A DNA stretch of 59,073 nucleotides from a virus (IMGVR_UViG_3300034106_001917:1-59073), one strand, 5' to 3'. Positions 10,416 through 19,287 are shown, numbered from the stretch's first letter. Translations and numbers: made by a program. Notes: generated by a model from the letters alone, not told the origin.

Positions 10416-11218
10416 TAGATAAACTTCTTGAAAAGATCATACAAGAAAAAGTTCACGACAAAGAGGTCGCTGTTTTACTGTCTGGTGGTGCTGATTCATT
10501 GTCAGTTGCTCTTGCTGCACATAGGTTAGGATATGATGTACATGCTTATTCATTTCATCTAAAAGACTTACCGACTTATGATGCCAGTAAAGCGGAAGAT
10601 TCTTCAAGCAAGATGGGTTGGAAGTTTACTAAAGTAATTGTTCCAGTAGATAATCTTGTAGAAGATTTTCACACATTAAGAAAAAAGTTTGAGTGTGTAA
10701 AGAAAACACAGTATGAATGTACGTTTCCTTTTCTGTATATTTTTCCACAGATAAAAGAGAAAAATATTCTTTCAGGTTTTGCTGCTGATGGACACTATGG
10801 TGTTTCGAAAAAAGCATGTATACATTTTAAGCAGCCTAAAGAATTGTTCGATCAGTTTCGTTCCAGTTATCTAAGTGATCCTCCAGGTTTAAGACAACAA
10901 TTGGCACTAAGCAAATACTATAATAAAGAGTATATAACACCATATACGGATCAAAGAGTGATTGATTACTTTCATCAGTTTGATTGGTTTCAGGTTAATC
11001 AACCTTATCAGAAGCATCATGTAGTGGAAGCGTTTACCGAATTTAAAACAATAGGTAAACCTAAACATCATATCAATCTTCAATTAGGCTCTGGTATTGA
11101 CAAGGCATTTGAAAGCCTGCTAGAATGTAATGAAATAAATTACAAAAGACGAAATCGAATGTTAGACGTTTATAGAGATTGGAAAGATCGTGGCGAAATA
11201 CGAACACTATTTGATTGA
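10412..11218 (+). CDS. Asparagine-synthetase-like (PP-loop) ATP-dependent amide ligase, no glutaminase domain
   Basis: LSGGADS PP-loop; SGFAADGHYG resembles AsnB SGEGADELFG; TPYTDQRV resembles VPFLD; LQLGSG. Confidence 0.75.
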   Translation: MIDKLLEKIIQEKVHDKEVAVLLSGGADSLSVALAAHRLGYDVHAYSFHLKDLPTYDASKAEDSSSKMGWKFTKVIVPVDNLVEDFHTLRKKFECVKKTQYECTFPFLYIFPQIKEKNILSGFAADGHYGVSKKACIHFKQPKELFDQFRSSYLSDPPGLRQQLALSKYYNKEYITPYTDQRVIDYFHQFDWFQVNQPYQKHHVVEAFTEFKTIGKPKHHINLQLGSGIDKAFESLLECNEINYKRRNRMLDVYRDWKDRGEIRTLFD

Positions 11219-12428
11219 AGATGTAAGAAAATCTTCCGCACGTGAATTGTTTACCGTTGTTAGCACATTTGCTGGCGGCGGTGGTAGTTCTACGGGTTAT
11301 CGTTTGGCTGGTGGTAAAGTCATTGCTATCAACGAGTTTGTTGAAGAAGCAATAAAAACTTATTCTACAAATTTTCCAGACACAAAAATCATACCTGGTG
11401 ATATTAAAAAACTTAATGGGAAAGATTTTCTTGAAGTAGCGAATCTAAAAGAAGGTGAACTCGACATACTTGATGGTTCACCACCATGCTCTGCTTTCTC
11501 TGTTGCTGGTAAAAGAGAAAAGAATTGGAAGGGTGCAGTTCATTACGAATCAGATAGTTACTTTGACTTTGACACAGGTGAAATGGTTACTGTTGGTGGC
11601 TATGAAGTCAAAGATGGTGTCAAAAAATATTCTGACGATCAAGTAGTTGAAGCAATTGAAGATTTGTTTCTTGAGTTCATTCGTATTGCTAAAGACATTA
11701 AGCCCAAAGTAATCATTGCTGAAAATGTCAAAGGCATCACGATGGGTAAAGCAAGAGATAAACTACATCAATTTCAAAATGAATTTGAAAAGATTGAGCC
11801 TGGTTATTTGGTCACGCATCATGTATTGAACGCTGCTGATTACGGTGTACCGCAAGCACGTGAAAGATTGTTCTTTGTTTGTGTTCGTCAAGATGTTGCT
11901 GACAAGGTTGGATTAAACTTTTTGAACATGAACACAATGACTTTTCCAATTCCCTCAACACCAAAACACATTAGCATTAAGACTGCCATTGATAATGTTG
12001 TGAATGATCCCGACGAAGAAAAAGAGTTGCTTGACTTTGTTGAAGGTTCTTTCCAAAAGAAATTTATTGAACTGTTACCGTTCAATCCAACAAAGCATAC
12101 GAAGCCATCTGATCCAGAGTTTCGTGACAAGAATCCAAAAGGTTCATGCTTTAATATGATTCGACCAGCAATCAATTTACCATCACCGACTTTGACACAA
12201 GCAGGTCAACAGAAAGGTGTGAGTGGCGTTTTTCATTATGCAAAGAATCGTAAGTTGACTATCAAAGAATTGAAGATACTGATGAGCATTCCTGATGACT
12301 ATGTACTAACGGGTAAGTTCGATCAGCAAGCAGAAAGATTGGGTAGAATGGTTGCACCTAAGATGATGGCTGCATTGTCATCACACGTGTATGAAAACAT
12401 TCTGAAACCATACAAGGAATCGTTATGA
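11190..12428 (+). CDS. C5 DNA cytosine methyltransferase-family enzyme (predicted carboxymethyltransferase)
   Basis: Motif I FAGGGG, IV GSPPC, VI ENV, VIII QARER, IX RKLTIKE. Motif X reads LGRMV instead of the usual GN(A/S)V. Confidence 0.9.
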   Translation: MAKYEHYLIEDVRKSSARELFTVVSTFAGGGGSSTGYRLAGGKVIAINEFVEEAIKTYSTNFPDTKIIPGDIKKLNGKDFLEVANLKEGELDILDGSPPCSAFSVAGKREKNWKGAVHYESDSYFDFDTGEMVTVGGYEVKDGVKKYSDDQVVEAIEDLFLEFIRIAKDIKPKVIIAENVKGITMGKARDKLHQFQNEFEKIEPGYLVTHHVLNAADYGVPQARERLFFVCVRQDVADKVGLNFLNMNTMTFPIPSTPKHISIKTAIDNVVNDPDEEKELLDFVEGSFQKKFIELLPFNPTKHTKPSDPEFRDKNPKGSCFNMIRPAINLPSPTLTQAGQQKGVSGVFHYAKNRKLTIKELKILMSIPDDYVLTGKFDQQAERLGRMVAPKMMAALSSHVYENILKPYKESL

Positions 12429-13105
12429 CTAAGTTTACGTTTGCACAAAGAGAAGAAGGCTTTGACAATCACATAGAACATTCTATTCGTGGTTACACAA
12501 ATCTTTGGAATGATGTGTTGAAGTATTCTGAATACTTTGTTGAAGATGATACAAATGTTGTTGACATTGGTTGCTCTACAGGTAAGTTGCTTAAGGCAAT
12601 GATCGACCAAAACACTTTTGCACCACGTGCCAACTATGTTGGTATTGAAGTAGAAGAAGATTTTTTTGACACATATGATGCTGATGAAAAGCAATTTCAA
12701 TATTTGTCTTATCATCGTGGAGATGTTCGTGACTTTAAGTTTGAAAACTGTAGTTTGATAACATCAATTTTTACCTTACAGTTCATACAAGAAAAAGAAA
12801 GAACCGCAATCATCAAACAAATTTATGATGGCTTGAATCCTGGTGGTGCTTTTATCTTTGCTGAAAAAACAATTGCAGAATGTTCTAAGATACAAGACAT
12901 AAGAACGTTTACCTACTACGATTACAAACGTGAACACTTTACCTCAGATGACATACTCAATAAAGAAAAACAATTACGTCACATGATGAAGTTGAATACC
13001 CGAAAAGAACTCATCAATAAATGTGGCACGGCAGGGTTTTCGTTTGATCGTATCGATTCCTTCTGGCAAAACCATAGCTTTACCGCATTTGTTGCCATAA
13101 AGTAA
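12425..13105 (+). CDS. cmoA: CmoA-like carboxy-S-adenosylmethionine synthase
   Basis: FDNHIEHSIRGY resembles CmoA FPDMIQRSVPGY; also DIGCSTG, FTLQFI, IYDGLNPGGAFIFAEK. Confidence 0.8.
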   Translation: MTKFTFAQREEGFDNHIEHSIRGYTNLWNDVLKYSEYFVEDDTNVVDIGCSTGKLLKAMIDQNTFAPRANYVGIEVEEDFFDTYDADEKQFQYLSYHRGDVRDFKFENCSLITSIFTLQFIQEKERTAIIKQIYDGLNPGGAFIFAEKTIAECSKIQDIRTFTYYDYKREHFTSDDILNKEKQLRHMMKLNTRKELINKCGTAGFSFDRIDSFWQNHSFTAFVAIK

Positions 13106-13109
13106 ACAC

Positions 13110-13138
13110 TTGACAAAGTAGTTGTTTCACGATACAAT
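13110..13138 (+). promoter_or_regulatory. sigma70-type (early) promoter
   Basis: TTGACA-17 bp-TACAAT. Confidence 0.8.
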
Positions 13139-13186
13139 ATACCTCTGATATATAAGAGGGATACAAAGATGTCAATTCCGCAACAC

Positions 13187-13215
13187 TTGACAAACCCCAG
13201 TATCCCATGTATAAT
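13187..13215 (+). promoter_or_regulatory. sigma70-type (early) promoter, perfect consensus
   Basis: TTGACA-17 bp-TATAAT upstream of the 13245 ATG. Confidence 0.88.
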
Positions 13216-13244
13216 GTATGTTCAGTGACAGTCGAGGTTATCGA

Positions 13245-15536
13245 ATGAGCAACATTCAAAATCAAAAGTCCGGTCTTGCCAAACTCATGGCAACCGAGAA
13301 TCTTATTGTTCAACATGCCAAAGTACCAACGGCATCGTTTGATCCTAAAAACCGTGTTCTAACTTGTCCCATTTGGGAACAAATGTCGGGCGATCTTTAT
13401 GATTTGCTAATGGGTCATGAAGTTGGTCATGCCATTGACACACCTGCCGATGGCTGGCATGGTGCTGTACATGATCGTGGTCTAAACTACAAAGGCTTTT
13501 TGAATGTAGTTGAAGATGCACGTATCGAAAAACGACAGAAGCGCCGTTACCCTGGTCTGCGCCGTTCGTTTGTGAACGGCTTCAATGAACTCATGGCCAA
13601 AGACTTTTTTGGTCTGTCTGGTCGTAGTGTCAATGCACTACCATTCATTGATCGTTTGAATATCTACACAAAGTCTAGTTATTCTTTGGACATTCAGTTC
13701 AATGCAAAAGAACAGGAATTTGTTGATCGTGTTCAGGCTTGCGAAACTTGGGATGATGTTCTCAAAGTTACAAATGAGATTTGGGACTATTCAAAAGAAG
13801 AACAGTCTCAGACTAACACACCTCAAGATAACTTTGAGTATGATGAGGGTGATGACGATTACGAAACAGAACCAGGCTCAAATGAAGGCGATGCTGAGAC
13901 TGATGGTCAAGGTGAACAAAAATCTAAGACCAAAGCCAAAGGTGAAGATGGTGATCAAGAGCAAGAATCATCGGCAAGTGGTGATGAAGAGGCTGATGAA
14001 GAAGGTGATGGTGAAGGTGAAGACAAAGATGGTGTAAATCGCACCAAAGAATCTCAGAGTGTACGTGAGGATCAAAGTTCTGAACCACGGTGTGAGACTG
14101 ATGAAAACTTCCGCAACAATGAAAGCAAACTCATTGCGAAACATGCACGTGAGTATATTTACATTGATATACCTAAACCGAATCTTGCAAAGATTGTTAC
14201 ACCAGCAAAACGTGTGCAAGAAGTTCTGACTGAAGAGTTTTCGAAACAGCGACCTTCTGACTATCAAACTCTTGCCAATACTCTGTACAATGATTTTCGC
14301 CGTAAGAACGAACGATTCATTTCATTGTTGGCAAAAGAGTTTGAGATGCGTAAGGCTGCCGATAAGTTTTCTAAAGCGAAAACATCGTCAACTGGTGACA
14401 TTGATGTAAGCCGTGTCTTCAAATATCAGATTGATGATAGCATTTTCAAAAAAGTTATGCGTGTGCCTAAAGGCAAATCACATGGCTTGATTCTGTTGCT
14501 TGATAAGTCTGGTTCAATGTCTGAGAATCTTGGTGCATCATATGAACAGATACTTGTGTTGGCTACCTTCTGCCGCAAAGTAAACATACCGTTTTCGGCG
14601 TACGGTTTTGGCAATGCTGATCATGTTCGTGAAATGATCGATTTTCGTGGTGAAGAACCTGGTGCGGGTAAATCTTATGGTTGTTTCTCTGAAAACAATC
14701 GTGAGATGCACTTGTCTTCGGTGTATCTACGTGAGATGATCAATTCTAAAATGAGTAACTCAGAATTTTCTAAAGCAACAAAGAATATTCTGTGTCTCAT
14801 GAATGCATGGTCTGGTGGTCGTTATTCTAGAGGTTCAAGTTTTTATCGACCAACTTCAGATTCACTGTCCAACACACCGTTGACAGAGGCAATGATTGCT
14901 TGTCAATCGATCATCAAAGAGTTCCGCACTGTGAACAATCTTGATATTGTAAACTTGTGTGTGGTTCATGATGGTGATGCTGATGATATCAATTCGTATC
15001 ACAATCTGAATGAGAGTGCAAGCATTTCGAGCAATCGAACTTTTTTCAATGCAAACTATCACAATGTTTTTCTGACTGATAAGAAAAACAAAATTCAACA
15101 AGAGGTGCCTGAAGGTGATGATGGTGTTCGTATTGCTATCAGTAATTGGTTGACAAAAACAACTGGTGTGAAAATCATCGGCTTCTATTTGTCGCCCAAC
15201 TACAATATGAAAAATGCTGTTCGCCGCCGTTTGTTCAATGCTGAACTTGATGAACTGCGTAAAGCACCACGTGAGAATTATCTTCAAATCAAAGAAACCT
15301 ATGCCAAGTATATCAAACTGATTCGCAAAGATAAGTTTCTCGAATCAAGAAACCCTGGTTACGAATCATTCTTTATTCTACCGGGTGGTGGTGATTTGAG
15401 TATTGAAGATGAAGACTTTGAGGCACCAACAAAAGTTACCACGGCAACTTTGACTAAAGCATTCGGCAAGTATACTAAGAATCGCCAAGTCAATCGTGTT
15501 CTGGTATCACGTTTCATCGGTATGATAGCAGTTTGA
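13245..15536 (+). CDS. CobT-like protein: N-terminal HExxH metallopeptidase-like domain, acidic linker, vWA domain
   Basis: HEVGH, NVVEDARIE, D/E-rich linker, MIDAS LLDKSGSM...TPL...HDGD. ATG at 13245 follows GAGGT. Confidence 0.8.
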   Translation: MSNIQNQKSGLAKLMATENLIVQHAKVPTASFDPKNRVLTCPIWEQMSGDLYDLLMGHEVGHAIDTPADGWHGAVHDRGLNYKGFLNVVEDARIEKRQKRRYPGLRRSFVNGFNELMAKDFFGLSGRSVNALPFIDRLNIYTKSSYSLDIQFNAKEQEFVDRVQACETWDDVLKVTNEIWDYSKEEQSQTNTPQDNFEYDEGDDDYETEPGSNEGDAETDGQGEQKSKTKAKGEDGDQEQESSASGDEEADEEGDGEGEDKDGVNRTKESQSVREDQSSEPRCETDENFRNNESKLIAKHAREYIYIDIPKPNLAKIVTPAKRVQEVLTEEFSKQRPSDYQTLANTLYNDFRRKNERFISLLAKEFEMRKAADKFSKAKTSSTGDIDVSRVFKYQIDDSIFKKVMRVPKGKSHGLILLLDKSGSMSENLGASYEQILVLATFCRKVNIPFSAYGFGNADHVREMIDFRGEEPGAGKSYGCFSENNREMHLSSVYLREMINSKMSNSEFSKATKNILCLMNAWSGGRYSRGSSFYRPTSDSLSNTPLTEAMIACQSIIKEFRTVNNLDIVNLCVVHDGDADDINSYHNLNESASISSNRTFFNANYHNVFLTDKKNKIQQEVPEGDDGVRIAISNWLTKTTGVKIIGFYLSPNYNMKNAVRRRLFNAELDELRKAPRENYLQIKETYAKYIKLIRKDKFLESRNPGYESFFILPGGGDLSIEDEDFEAPTKVTTATLTKAFGKYTKNRQVNRVLVSRFIGMIAV

Positions 15537-15540
15537 TAAC

Positions 15541-15574
15541 ATACCGCTACTTGACAAAGTGGCGGTATCCTTTT
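15541..15574 (+). terminator. Hairpin/terminator overlapping a promoter
   Basis: ATACCGCTACTT-GACA-AAGTGGCGGTAT followed by CCTTTT, directly after the stop at 15536. Confidence 0.65.
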
Positions 15575-15579
15575 ATAAT
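15551..15579 (+). promoter_or_regulatory. sigma70-type promoter
   Basis: TTGACA-17 bp-TATAAT. Confidence 0.85.
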
Positions 15580-15611
15580 AGTAGTTCCTATAGTGATGGA
15601 GAATTTATATT

Positions 15612-16802
15612 ATGACAACTCGTTCTGACAAACGACAAGCTTTTATTGATGCTCTTTTGGCAACAAAAAAATCTACGCTAACCCGTACAGAGGTACGTAA
15701 TGTTGCTAAAAAACTAGGCATATCAACTCCGCAATGGTTCATCAAAGATGAGTCTAACAAAATTAGTCGGGGTCTGTATAAAGTACCCGCTGCTGGCGTT
15801 CAGACGGCTCCACAGCCCGCTATTGAACTCTCAGCACAGGTAATCCCTATGTCAAAACCCGAACCCGTACAAGGCAGTCGCATTGCTAATGTGACAACTG
15901 ATCTTGAACTTGAGAATCTGGTTCCTTCTCAATATGACAACTATGTTCCTTTTGGCAACTTTGATGATGTGTTGTCAATTGTGAAATCAAAACAATTCTT
16001 TCCTGTGTTCATCACTGGTCAGTCTGGTAACGGTAAGACCATGAGTATCGAACAGGCTTGCGCCAAAGCAAAACGCAAATTCGTTTGCGTATCAATGACA
16101 CCCGATTCTGATGAGGGTGACTTGCTTGGTAACTATGTTTTGATCAATGGTCAGATGGAATGGCGTGACGGTCCTGTGACTGTTGCTGCCCGTCAAGGTG
16201 CTGTACTCTGTATTGATGAGATTGATTACGGCGCTCAGAATCTTTCCTGCTTGCAACGGGTACTTGAGGGTAAGCCATTCTTGCTAAAGAAAAAGAATGA
16301 ACTAGTTGTACCTGCACCTGGCTTTACTGTGTTTGCTACTGCTAACACAAAAGGTAAAGGCTCAGAAGATGGTCGCTATATGTTTACCAATGTATTGAAT
16401 GAAGCGTTTCTTGAACGTTTCCCAAATACAATGGAACAAGAGTTTCCACCTGCACGTATTGAAGAGAAGATTGTAAACAAAGAACTTGATTCGGTTGGTC
16501 GTTCTGATGATGTATTCGCCAAGAATCTAGTTACTTGGGCAAATACGATTCGTAATACATTTGCCGATGGTGGTTGCGATGAAGTTATTTCGACCCGCCG
16601 TCTGGTACATATTGTCAAAACTTTCGGTATCTACGGTGATAAGAAAAAGGCAATTGAGTATTGCTTGAATCGTTTTGATGCCGATACTAAGATTACCTTC
16701 ATTGATCTGTACACTAAAATTGATGCTGGTATTGATCCCAATGAACCAGCGGCAACTGAACAGGCCGAACCAGTAACAACTTCTGACGAACATCCGTTCT
16801 AA
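15612..16802 (+). CDS. CobS-like MoxR-family AAA+ ATPase
   Basis: GQSGNGKT, LCIDEID, ATANTKG, NEAFLERF, ISTRRL; paired with the upstream vWA protein. Confidence 0.88.
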   Translation: MTTRSDKRQAFIDALLATKKSTLTRTEVRNVAKKLGISTPQWFIKDESNKISRGLYKVPAAGVQTAPQPAIELSAQVIPMSKPEPVQGSRIANVTTDLELENLVPSQYDNYVPFGNFDDVLSIVKSKQFFPVFITGQSGNGKTMSIEQACAKAKRKFVCVSMTPDSDEGDLLGNYVLINGQMEWRDGPVTVAARQGAVLCIDEIDYGAQNLSCLQRVLEGKPFLLKKKNELVVPAPGFTVFATANTKGKGSEDGRYMFTNVLNEAFLERFPNTMEQEFPPARIEEKIVNKELDSVGRSDDVFAKNLVTWANTIRNTFADGGCDEVISTRRLVHIVKTFGIYGDKKKAIEYCLNRFDADTKITFIDLYTKIDAGIDPNEPAATEQAEPVTTSDEHPF

Positions 16803-16822
16803 GGTAATCTTTCACTTTTGCC

Positions 16823-16854
16823 AGAGAGAGTGTTGACACACTCTCTCTTTTTTT
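16823..16854 (+). terminator. Intrinsic terminator overlapping a promoter
   Basis: AGAGAGAGTGT-TGAC-ACACTCTCTCT (11-bp perfect stem) followed by a T tract. Confidence 0.85.
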
Positions 16855-16861
16855 GTATAAT
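16833..16861 (+). promoter_or_regulatory. sigma70-type promoter
   Basis: TTGACA-17 bp-TATAAT. Confidence 0.85.
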
Positions 16862-16870
16862 ATACAGTAT

Positions 16871-16911
16871 GTAGAGAAAAGTCGCCTCTACTTTTTATTT
16901 TTCGTGCGACT
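16871..16911 (+). promoter_or_regulatory. Predicted H-type pseudoknot in a 5' leader
   Basis: Stem 1 GTAGAG/CTCTAC; loop bases AGTCGC are complementary to GCGACT at 16906-16911. Confidence 0.5.
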
Positions 16912-16932
16912 AATTTTTATGGAGTAAATTGA

Positions 16933-17196
16933 ATGTCTGCTAAAGAGAAAATTCTAAAGTTCCTTTCTAAGGATGGTCCTTACAATACTTTGACTGCTGC
17001 ACAAGCACGTGCCCGTTTTGGTATCGTAAACGTTGGTGCCCGCATTGAAGAACTTCGTGCAGAGGGTTACTGCATCTATACCAACAAGAAAACTCTTGCT
17101 GATGGTCGTCGCATCACTTACTACAAACTTGGTAAGCCAACCAAGAAAATGATTGCTGCCGCCCACGCAGTTCTAGGTGGTCAAGCGTTTGCCTAA
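16933..17196 (+). CDS. Small basic winged-helix DNA/RNA-binding protein
   Basis: KILKFL...LTAAQARARFGI.NVGARIEELRAEGY.I...YYKL fits a wHTH pattern; SD GGAG. Confidence 0.7.
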   Translation: MSAKEKILKFLSKDGPYNTLTAAQARARFGIVNVGARIEELRAEGYCIYTNKKTLADGRRITYYKLGKPTKKMIAAAHAVLGGQAFA

Positions 17197-17215
17197 ATTG
17201 GGCTAAAAACTGGCG

Positions 17216-17254
17216 GAGTGAGAGCATATATATTATGTGTTCTCACTCTTTTTT
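17216..17254 (+). terminator. Intrinsic terminator
   Basis: GAGTGAGAGCATATA-TAT-TATGTGTTCTCACTC followed by TTTTTT. Confidence 0.8.
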
Positions 17255-17265
17255 ATGGATAGATT

Positions 17266-18081
17266 ATGCAAATACAAGTCGATATTGAACAACTAAGAAA
17301 AAATAAACTGTTCGTTGCCACGCCAATGTATGGTGGAATGAATCACGGTTTATATATGAAGTCATGTCTTGATCTTCAAACCGTTATGATTCGTTATGGC
17401 ATTGAAACAAAGTTTTCATTCCTCTTCAACGAATCTCTCATTACAAGAGCAAGAAATTACCTAGTAGATGAATTTCTACGCACAGATTTTACACACATGA
17501 TGTTTATCGATTCGGACATTCACTTTGATCCGAATGATATCGTAGCACTAATGGCACTTGATAAAGATGTTATCGGTGGTCCGTATCCAAAGAAGTCAAT
17601 CAACTGGGGCAACATTGCTGAAACTGCTCGTCGCCATCCTGATCTAAATCCAAAAGAACTTGAGAATCTTGTTGGTGAGTATGTGTTCAATGTGGTAAAA
17701 GGTACATCACAATTTCAAGTATCTGATCCATTAGAAGTAATGGAAATTGGTACAGGTCACATGATGATCAAACGTGGTGTGTTCGATAAGATGAAAGAGG
17801 CATATCCTCAAATCAAATACAAACCCGATCACATTGGTCAAGCACACTTCGATGGCTCACGCTATATTCATGCATACTTTGATACTGTGATTGATACTGT
17901 TGATTCATGTGTTGGTGGTGGCTCTGAACGTTATCTATCAGAAGACTATATGTTCTGTCAGATGTGGCGCAAGATTGGTGGACAGGTTTGGTTGTGTCCT
18001 TGGATGCGAACACAGCATATTGGTACATACGCATTTACTGGCAACATGCCCGCTGTTGCTCAGTATACTGGTAGATTGTGA
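17266..18081 (+). CDS. GT-A fold glycosyltransferase-like protein
   Basis: ATPMYGG, ESLITRARN, FIDSDI (DxD), GTGHMMI, SEDYMFC. Confidence 0.65.
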   Translation: MQIQVDIEQLRKNKLFVATPMYGGMNHGLYMKSCLDLQTVMIRYGIETKFSFLFNESLITRARNYLVDEFLRTDFTHMMFIDSDIHFDPNDIVALMALDKDVIGGPYPKKSINWGNIAETARRHPDLNPKELENLVGEYVFNVVKGTSQFQVSDPLEVMEIGTGHMMIKRGVFDKMKEAYPQIKYKPDHIGQAHFDGSRYIHAYFDTVIDTVDSCVGGGSERYLSEDYMFCQMWRKIGGQVWLCPWMRTQHIGTYAFTGNMPAVAQYTGRL

Positions 18082-18347
18082 TCGACTACAAGTACAGTGA
18101 AGACCGTATTCTTAAAGAGTTAAAAGATTACGTCGATAAGACATACGGTCAACACTATTCCCTAAACAAATTTCAAACCTCCGAATTCATCATTGACTGT
18201 GGGCACGGTGAAGGATTCTTTATTGGTAACATCATCAAATACGCACAACGTTACGGTAAAAAGAATGGTTACAATCGTGATGACTTGATGAAAGTTGTAC
18301 ATTATGCTATAATGGCTTTACACAACCATGATTTGACGAGGAAATAA
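18078..18347 (+). CDS. DUF3310/SaV-like phage protein
   Basis: HY...GFFIGNIIKYAQRYGKK...DLMK..HY pattern. Confidence 0.7.
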   Translation: MIDYKYSEDRILKELKDYVDKTYGQHYSLNKFQTSEFIIDCGHGEGFFIGNIIKYAQRYGKKNGYNRDDLMKVVHYAIMALHNHDLTRK

Positions 18348-18350
18348 ATT

Positions 18351-19031
18351 ATGAAACTTTCAAATGAAACACTATCTGTGTTGAAAAACTTTGCCAGCAT
18401 CAATCAAGGCATTCTGTTCAAACCAGGCAAAACAATTCGTACTATCTCAACTCATAAGAATATTCTTGCCGAGGCTGTTGTCTCTGAAGAAATTCCAAAA
18501 GAGTTTGGTGTTTATGATCTGAACAATTTTTTGTCTGTTCTTTCTCTACACAAAGAAGAGCCAGTCATTGACTTTGATGAGGCAAATGTTCTTATCTCTG
18601 GTCTACAAGGTCGTAGCAAAATCAAGTATCGTTTCTGTGCATCAAGCATGATTGTTGCTGCACCAGACAAGAATCTTGAACTCAGCAATCCAGAAATCAA
18701 ATTTGATTTGAGTGCTGAAGACTTTGATTGGATTCTTCGTGCAGCCAATGTTCTTTCTTCACCACACATTGCTATTGAATCTGATGGCAGTAAAGTCTCC
18801 GTAACTGCATTTGATTTGCAGAATGATGCAGCACACACAGAGTCTCTTGAAGTATCAAAGAGTAATGGTGACAAGTATAAGATGCTGTTCAAAACAGAGA
18901 ATTTGAAGATGCTTGCTGGTGCATATTCAGTGACTATCTCTTCAAAAGGCATTGCACACTTCAAACACAAATCAATGAGCATTCAGTATTGGATCGCTAC
19001 TGAAGCTGGTTCAAAATATGAGAAAGGTTAA
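18351..19031 (+). CDS. gp45: Sliding clamp gp45
   Basis: MKLS.ETL.VLKNFASINQGI, FGVYDLNNFLS, YWIATE. Confidence 0.95.
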   Translation: MKLSNETLSVLKNFASINQGILFKPGKTIRTISTHKNILAEAVVSEEIPKEFGVYDLNNFLSVLSLHKEEPVIDFDEANVLISGLQGRSKIKYRFCASSMIVAAPDKNLELSNPEIKFDLSAEDFDWILRAANVLSSPHIAIESDGSKVSVTAFDLQNDAAHTESLEVSKSNGDKYKMLFKTENLKMLAGAYSVTISSKGIAHFKHKSMSIQYWIATEAGSKYEKG

Positions 19032-19033
19032 TC

Positions 19034-19249
19034 ATGGGTAAATTTGTTGTTTTTACAAATGCTTCATTAAATCACGATGGTGATTCGATTGCTATTAACA
19101 AAGACATTGTTGCATCAGTCTTTGAGTTGATTCAACCGGACACAAATGCACAATTGCAACCAAGAACAGTTATTTACGGTGTCAATAATATTGATTGGCA
19201 AGTTAAAGAACCATATCTTGAAGTGCTTGCAGCATTGAACGCTGACTGA
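19034..19249 (+). CDS. Hypothetical small protein (weak FlbD-like pattern)
   Basis: Tightly packed ORF with AAAGG upstream; IAIN.D.V...T.I...QVKEPY.EV pattern. Confidence 0.55.
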   Translation: MGKFVVFTNASLNHDGDSIAINKDIVASVFELIQPDTNAQLQPRTVIYGVNNIDWQVKEPYLEVLAALNAD

Positions 19250-19255
19250 TATAAT
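19227..19255 (+). promoter_or_regulatory. sigma70-type promoter with extended -10 upstream of gp44
   Basis: TTGCAG-17 bp-TATAAT, with TGn before the -10. Confidence 0.6.
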
Positions 19256-19287
19256 ATACTACATTATGATTTTTGTGAAAGGTTACC

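Noticed and set aside
10412-11218. QueC / 7-deazaguanine modification gene
   Set aside because: It has a PP-loop but lacks the QueC C-terminal Cys zinc cluster, the other motifs are AsnB-like, and no folE/queD/queE/dpdA is in the window.
13245-16802. Cobalamin biosynthesis (cobS/cobT) auxiliary genes
   Set aside because: No CobN or other cob genes are present; this is a generic MoxR-vWA pair with an extra peptidase-like domain.
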